DNA from: Sedimentisphaeraceae bacterium JB056
GTDB lineage: Bacteria > Planctomycetota > Phycisphaerae > Sedimentisphaerales > Sedimentisphaeraceae
Assembly (NCBI GenBank): GCA_044440125.1
Contig: JBITAJ010000028.1
Location: forward strand, 1-64,000
Reading direction: 5' to 3'
DNA: 64,000 nt
The translations under genes and the position numbers were made by a program. The notes beneath the pieces were generated by a model. It had not been told where the DNA came from, searched no databases, and saw only the letters and a program-made list of their open reading frames with translations. Every line of letters starts with the position of its first letter. The stretch's first letter is position 1. Positions 61,947-64,000 of this stretch are shown one piece after another.

Positions 61947-63359
61947 ATGAGAAATTTCTTTATAACATTATGCTTATTTGCAGTAATCGGCTCGGCTATC
62001 GGAGCCACAACAATTGAGAGGAATGACTATTACAGAGGCGCAGAAGTAATATCGGAAATAGAATTGCCCAAACCTGTGGTTAACAAGGGCTACCCTCTTG
62101 AGCTGCTGCTCAGATCACGCGGCGGAAGCGTTGAGCTTTCTGCTGACCAGACTAACCTAACCCAACTAAGCCAGATATTCTGGGCAGGTTATGGAATAGT
62201 CGACCCAACACTGCTGACTCGAAGCGTTGAATCTTATGATGACGGATACTCATTACTATTGTATCTTGTAACTAATGACAGTGTATATGTTTATGTACCG
62301 GCAGACCACAGTCTCGCAAAGATTCTGGATACTGACATACGTTCAAAATTAGCCAATGCCGCCGGAAGAAACAAGACCGTATTTGTTGCTAATGCAAGCA
62401 TAATTATTGCCGGTTCACCTAAGAAAGCCGGACACAAAAGGCCGCGCGATGGGCGTAAATACATGCTCATCGAAGCAGGCAGGGTTGCGCAGAATATGGA
62501 ACTTGAAGCAATGACTCAAGGTCTGGGATTTATTATCAGCGACAATTTCAACGAATCCAAGATAAGCTACATGCTTCGGATGCCTTCGGGGTTTGAACCT
62601 GTATCAATACTTACAATCGGCAAACTGAAGGAGCCTGTAGAATCCGTCAGCACTACTACGACGGTTATCCAACAGAACACCGAAAAACCACAGACCGTTG
62701 ACCAGATTAAGCCGCAAGAAAAAACTCTTGAAGAAGCCGAACGTTCAAAAAGACAACCTCAAAAACAAGTCGATAAAAAACGGGCACTAATATACATACC
62801 AACCAAGTATGTTTCGGAGACTGTTTTAACCGAGATTTCAAAATTGCTTGAATTAGGAGACATTGAAGTCGAGACTGCCAGCACTACACTGGAATCAATC
62901 AGAAGCGATATTGGAAATGATTTATACGCAGACATGCATATAGACTCAGTGACCCCTGAATTTTATGATGTGATAGTATTTATCGGGAATACTACTGAAA
63001 GAAGACTGTATAACCGAAATGACCGATATAACCGAAATGACCGAAATGACCGAACTTTAGAGAACTTTGCAGCAAGAGCTTACAACCAAGGCTGCATATT
63101 AGCCGCTTATGGTCAGGGCGTTGAGTTATTAGCTGATTCCGGTTTGCTCAGAAATGGCGTCAGGGCTACAGCAGATGCGCTGTCCAGACGTACTGTCAGG
63201 CAAAATGGAGGAACTTATGTAGATGAGCCTATAGTTGTCGACGGCAGGATAATAACAGCCCAAAGCGACAATAATACTGGTGGCAGCAACATTGAAACAG
63301 GACTCTCCGGATCAGTTGGCCTTGCTACACAAATTCTTAAAGAGCTTAGAGAAGAATAA
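61947..63359 (+). CDS. Exported SagB/nitroreductase-like domain fused to a DJ-1/PfpI-like domain
   Basis: Signal peptide; LSQIFWAGYGI and EAGRVAQNMELEA...GLG (SagB-like); YDVIVFIG and VVDGRIITAQ (DJ-1-like). Confidence 0.75.
   Translation: MRNFFITLCLFAVIGSAIGATTIERNDYYRGAEVISEIELPKPVVNKGYPLELLLRSRGGSVELSADQTNLTQLSQIFWAGYGIVDPTLLTRSVESYDDGYSLLLYLVTNDSVYVYVPADHSLAKILDTDIRSKLANAAGRNKTVFVANASIIIAGSPKKAGHKRPRDGRKYMLIEAGRVAQNMELEAMTQGLGFIISDNFNESKISYMLRMPSGFEPVSILTIGKLKEPVESVSTTTTVIQQNTEKPQTVDQIKPQEKTLEEAERSKRQPQKQVDKKRALIYIPTKYVSETVLTEISKLLELGDIEVETASTTLESIRSDIGNDLYADMHIDSVTPEFYDVIVFIGNTTERRLYNRNDRYNRNDRNDRTLENFAARAYNQGCILAAYGQGVELLADSGLLRNGVRATADALSRRTVRQNGGTYVDEPIVVDGRIITAQSDNNTGGSNIETGLSGSVGLATQILKELREE
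63009..63053 (+). repeat. In-frame 9-bp tandem repeat (x5) encoding YNR/NDR
   Basis: tataaccga aatgaccga tataaccga aatgaccga aatgaccga. Confidence 0.9.
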
Positions 63360-63389
63360 CTGCAAACCAACGAAATCATCTGTAGATTT

Positions 63390-63427
63390 AAGCAGTGGCC
63401 AGAATCATCTGACCACTGCTTTTTTTG
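63390..63427 (+). terminator. Intrinsic terminator
   Basis: AAGCAGTGG-c-CAGA...TCTG-a-CCACTGCTT followed by a T-run. Confidence 0.85.
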
Positions 63428-63739
63428 TTTTAATCACTGTGCCACAAGTAATTACAAAAAAACAGCAACACAAATCCCACATCACCTCTCACCTAAGATA
63501 AGGGTTTCACTTAACCCAAATTCAGGATATTAACCATTGAATCAATCGCAATTATCGGTAACAATGGTACCTAATGATCGATCAGAGATAGACAGAAAAA
63601 GGGTATATCCTGTAGAATGCGGAGAACTTTTCTAATATAAAAGAGTTAGGCACATGCTGCTCAAAGTTTATCCGTGAGAAATGTTTAAGATGTTCCATTT
63701 TACTATGGCTAAGATTTAAAGATTTGAAAGGAGAAAAAA

Positions 63740-64000
63740 ATGGAAAAATTCACAACAATATTTAATAGATCATTATTAACAGCAATAATCGTCTGCATAC
63801 TTTCTATATCCGCAGCAAATGCAATGGATATCGCAGACGAAGATATTACAACTGCTATTGAAGCTGACCTCTTTGCAGACAGTCAACTTCCTGTAAATAA
63901 AATAGATATTGAAACCAATGAGGGAATTGTAAAACTTTCAGGTACAGTAGATAATATTCTGGCTAAGGATCGGACTGAAAAAATCGCCGAGAGTATTGTC
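63740..64000 (+). CDS. BON domain-containing exported protein (truncated by window end)
   Basis: Own translation: MEKFTT...AANA signal then DEDITTAIEADL...IDIETNEGIVKLSGTVDN; AAGGAG RBS; not in the ORF track. Confidence 0.85.
   Translation, partial: MEKFTTIFNRSLLTAIIVCILSISAANAMDIADEDITTAIEADLFADSQLPVNKIDIETNEGIVKLSGTVDNILAKDRTEKIAESIV

Overview
Bacterial chromosomal window, mostly housekeeping, from an anaerobic diderm. A dockerin-like C-terminal tail, heptamer intergenic repeats and an ftsZ-less dcw remnant suggest Planctomycetota (Phycisphaerae/Sedimentisphaerales-like); this assignment is inference. Contents from left to right: aldo/keto reductase, purB, pyrE, a small PQ-loop-like protein, GAF-containing ptsP and an AraC regulator; a minus-strand block (pyrK-pyrD-hypothetical-fbaB-corA-DHH); a short division cluster mraZ-rsmH-LysM-ftsL-like-ftsI with no mur or ftsZ genes after it; a nitroreductase and a secreted ADP-ribosylglycohydrolase-fold protein; a ~22 kb minus-strand Wzx/Wzy surface-polysaccharide locus (20.0-42.1 kb) with an AT-rich core, a probable KDN-type nonulosonic acid pathway, GDP-fucose genes, two glutaminase-less amidoligases, a secreted hydrolase-like gene and a decayed glycosyltransferase copy; trkH, lptB, hflKC, an M29 aminopeptidase and a His-rich membrane protein; a stand-alone AT-rich 1258-aa nuclease-like/STAND-NTPase gene (best candidate for an uncharacterised antiphage system); a fucose-isomerase-family gene, orphan nfnA-like and pflA genes, DUF378, accD, hisC, PAP2, a nitroreductase/DJ-1 fusion and a truncated BON-domain gene. 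I saw no rRNA, tRNA, CRISPR array or transposase. All calls come from motif recognition by eye; no searches were run.
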